DNA of 63,999 nt, the filler included, from an uncultured bacterium (GTDB lineage: Bacteria > DAOPZR01), in the NCBI GenBank assembly GCA_964637655.1. It is 10 parts of 10 records of this genome, joined end to end, with 100 filler letters (N's around TTAATTAATTAA, not from the genome) between each part and the next. Parts side by side here need not be neighbours in the genome. Positions count along the whole stretch, not along the records: positions 58,764 to 63,999 come from CAZWUZ010000267.1; 9 more parts are not named here. The stretch is one strand, 5' to 3'. The first letter of the stretch is position 1; every line of letters begins with the position of its first letter. Shown one piece after another: positions 61,400 through 63,999 of the stretch. The position numbers and the translations under genes are program-made. The notes beneath the pieces were generated by a model. That model saw nothing but the letters and a program-made list of their open reading frames with translations, was not told where the DNA came from and made no database searches.

Positions 61400-63721
61400 C
61401 TACCCGGCCGACCCGATGCGGGCCAGCCGCACACCACGCTCAGCGGCAAACCGGGCTATCCCCGCCAGCAACTGCGGGGCGCTCAACCCCGCCTCATCCA
61501 ATACCTCGCCTACCGACCCGCCGCCGCGCCAGCAGTTGTCGCTATCAGCCGATAACGAGTATTCTGCGCAGATCTTATTGGCAACCCATTGCTGCATAAC
61601 GCGTAAGCCGCCATTGGTGATGAGCATCGAATCCTGCCATTCAGGCCATGGCAGCACGCTGTCGCGATACTCCTGCGGCTGCCGCGTGAACAGTTCGAAT
61701 GAGGTCAGGCATATAACCTTGACATTCGGTCCGTTCGCGGCAAAGGTGGGGAGCAGGGTCAACAGGTTGTCGACCGCGCTCGTCCCGTTCACCAGCACCA
61801 CCCCGCCTTTCGGCCGGTCGCAATCATACGCACGCAGCACGTACGCGCCCCGGGCTGCGGCAAAATGAGTGGGAATGCCCAGTTTTTCCCGGTCCGGCAC
61901 GGTGATGGGCGGGCGCGTCAGGTGCAGCGCGATAAGGTTGACATCCTCCCTGAGTGCCGCCGCCAGCAGCACGGGCACCTCGTTGTATTCCCACGGGAAG
62001 AGGTTGATGATCTTCCCCTCGGGGAACAGTTGCGCCACCGCCGGTTCCATGATGCCGAAATGCGTGCGCGAATCCTCCGCCGTCTCCGGCCCCGAATGCC
62101 CCGCCACCCACAGGATCTTGCCCAGTTTATGGTCGCAGTCCTGCGCCATCTGCGAAAAGAGGCGCAGCGGGCCGTAGTTGAGGTAGATGAACGACCCGTA
62201 GGTCGAGGTGGCCGCCAGAAACCCGTTGAATTCACGGGTCGGGTCATCGGCGAAATTCACCGACGCCAGCCCCGCCGCGACCCCGGCATTGCTGAACTCC
62301 GTTATCCCCATCGGCAGCAGCGCGCCGCGCGGGTTGCTCTTCCGGTCGTAATACCCCCACCCCGGGAAGTCACCCCATGGCTTGGCGAAGCCCGCGATGT
62401 TGGTCGATTCCGCCAGATCTGCCGACGAGGCGATGCACAGCGGACGCCCGTACTTCTTGGCGCAGTACGCGTTCACCCATGCCCCCCACGCGCCCAGCGC
62501 CGCGCGGTTGGGCTGCCTGTCTCCCGGCCTGGCCCACACCTCTGCCGGATACCGCTCCGCGTCGTACAGCACCGGGTCGCGCAGCGGATTCTGCCGCACG
62601 CTGAAATGCAGCGCGTGCTCCTCCGGGACCATCTCGCCCAGTGCAACGAGCCGGTCGCTCAGGCAGGTGGTGAACCCGTCATCGCCGGTCATCACCTGCA
62701 TGACCTTCTGCAGGTTGGCGCGCGTCTGTGCCGCCTGCGCCCGCGCCTCCGCGCACGGCCCTTCACCGAACCCGTCAAAGCGCACGCCGTATTTTTCCTG
62801 GAACGCCCGCCTGCTCTCCCAGAATGCGTCGCTGTTCATCCGGTGCGGAACGCCATGCGACGCCGCATCGTAGACGCCGTAGCCGCGCCCTTTCCGTGTT
62901 TTGAACCACCCGCAATTCGGCACCCCGTCAGGATTGGGGCCGTGCACGAGGTCGAGCAGCACCCGCGTGACACTCTCCCACGCCATCCCCTGTTCCGTCC
63001 CCGCCACGCGCCACCCGTACGGTGTGAACCAGTCGTCAGGTGTGCCGTGCACGATGGCGCTCGTCGGGTGCGGGTCGATGCCGTAATCGTTCCAGTCGAG
63101 CAGAAAATAAAAATTGTCCGTGCCCAGTCCCCACGCGGAGTTCTTCGCCTCGTGGTTGCCCCCCGCGGTATGCCCGCCTTCGCCTTCCAGCCCGAAGACG
63201 CGGATATCGCCCGCCCCCGCCAGTTTCAGCGCCAGCGCCTGCCCGAGCGCCGCCGGCGTGCCGTGTCCCGTCGGGCCGGTGTTGAATTTGAACAGCAGTG
63301 TCTTGCCGCGGCATTCCGGGTGTCCGGAAAGCCCGTGGCAGTGCCGCAGGGTCAGCAGGTCGTCCGCCAGCACCTGCCGGTCGTCCGGGACAAAATAATC
63401 GCGGTTTTGGGTCTTTTTGTATCGGTATTTGAGCACTTCCGACAGGCAGGCGAGGGTCGCGTAGACCAAAGGCACCGTATGCCCGGCAATCAGGATGAAG
63501 CGGTCGCTGAAACGTTTCTCCGGGTGGCGGATGTCCCAGCGCATCGCCCCCGACAGCAGCAGCGCGATGAGAATGTGCGCCTTGGAATGCGAACCGCCGG
63601 GATGACCGCTCTGCCGCAGGTTGAGGGTGAAGTCAAGCGTCGCGTCGACGCAGTCGAGCAGTTTCTCCCAGTGCGGAAAATGCGGCTGCACCTCCGCCAG
63701 GGCGCGTTGCGGGTCGCTCAC
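61400..63721 (-). CDS. Divergent single-chain transketolase-family enzyme
   Basis: SGHPGG, DRFILIAGH, GHPE, TGPTGHG, SADLAES, GITEF, ED--TH. Confidence 0.82.
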   Translation of the reverse strand: MSDPQRALAEVQPHFPHWEKLLDCVDATLDFTLNLRQSGHPGGSHSKAHILIALLLSGAMRWDIRHPEKRFSDRFILIAGHTVPLVYATLACLSEVLKYRYKKTQNRDYFVPDDRQVLADDLLTLRHCHGLSGHPECRGKTLLFKFNTGPTGHGTPAALGQALALKLAGAGDIRVFGLEGEGGHTAGGNHEAKNSAWGLGTDNFYFLLDWNDYGIDPHPTSAIVHGTPDDWFTPYGWRVAGTEQGMAWESVTRVLLDLVHGPNPDGVPNCGWFKTRKGRGYGVYDAASHGVPHRMNSDAFWESRRAFQEKYGVRFDGFGEGPCAEARAQAAQTRANLQKVMQVMTGDDGFTTCLSDRLVALGEMVPEEHALHFSVRQNPLRDPVLYDAERYPAEVWARPGDRQPNRAALGAWGAWVNAYCAKKYGRPLCIASSADLAESTNIAGFAKPWGDFPGWGYYDRKSNPRGALLPMGITEFSNAGVAAGLASVNFADDPTREFNGFLAATSTYGSFIYLNYGPLRLFSQMAQDCDHKLGKILWVAGHSGPETAEDSRTHFGIMEPAVAQLFPEGKIINLFPWEYNEVPVLLAAALREDVNLIALHLTRPPITVPDREKLGIPTHFAAARGAYVLRAYDCDRPKGGVVLVNGTSAVDNLLTLLPTFAANGPNVKVICLTSFELFTRQPQEYRDSVLPWPEWQDSMLITNGGLRVMQQWVANKICAEYSLSADSDNCWRGGGSVGEVLDEAGLSAPQLLAGIARFAAERGVRLARIGSAG

Positions 63722-63999
63722 GGAACACCGCCACCGACGGGGAACAGGTCGTGCACGATAAGCAGCACGATGACCACCGCCGCCAGCCAGCGCCAGAAGA
63801 TCCGCGCGCTGCGCCGGTAATGCCGCGCGAAGTAAAAGGTCTCCGCCGCCTGCAGCCCGTCGGCAGTGTCGATGTCATGCCACGGCAGCCCGGTGATGTC
63901 CACCGTCCCCATCTGCCCGTCCGCCGCCGCGCGCGCGCCGGCCTGCGCCCGCGATTCCTCCCCCATGCCCGGCGCCGGGCGCAGGGACGCCGCGACCGC
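63718..63999 (-). CDS. Nucleotidyltransferase C-terminus with a TM anchor (5' partial)
   Basis: VDITGLPWHDIDTADGLQAAE followed by a hydrophobic helix. Confidence 0.6.
   Translation of the reverse strand, partial: AVAASLRPAPGMGEESRAQAGARAAADGQMGTVDITGLPWHDIDTADGLQAAETFYFARHYRRSARIFWRWLAAVVIVLLIVHDLFPVGGGVP

Overview
This is not one locus. It is ten unlinked contigs of about 6.4 kb from a high-GC bacterial draft genome or MAG, joined by nine artificial 100-nt spacers (N44-TTAATTAATTAA-N44), so synteny can only be read within a contig. The gene content suggests an anaerobe: PFOR, RnfC/D, a fused dihydropyrimidine dehydrogenase and several B12-radical SAM enzymes. Housekeeping genes include gltX, rpsU, acyP, tRNA-Gly, rdgB, murG, trpB, lpdA and an rlmI-like gene. 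Also present are a MoxR/vWA operon, Tad-like pilus genes, two-component systems and two low-GC toxin-antitoxin modules. Most notable: (1) a stand-alone 59-aa bacterial histone (58300-58479) with its own promoter and terminator, and an IS66-type MITE with an 8-bp target duplication in its 5' leader; (2) a coupled operon with a ceramide-synthase/YghO-like GNAT, a second GNAT, two HpnR-like B12-radical SAM enzymes, a methyltransferase and an APS reductase, which is a candidate novel lipid pathway; (3) a subtilase + papain + beta-helix + FN3 + dockerin-like dual protease; (4) a single-chain PreT-PreA upstream of PFOR; (5) an ATP-grasp ligase fused to a degenerate anti-sigma domain; (6) a family of structured miniature elements. 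Assembly features are also visible: a hypF/pyrG chimera joined at a shared 21-mer, and a 111-nt overlap between two contig ends. All product calls come from motif recognition by eye; no database searches were run.
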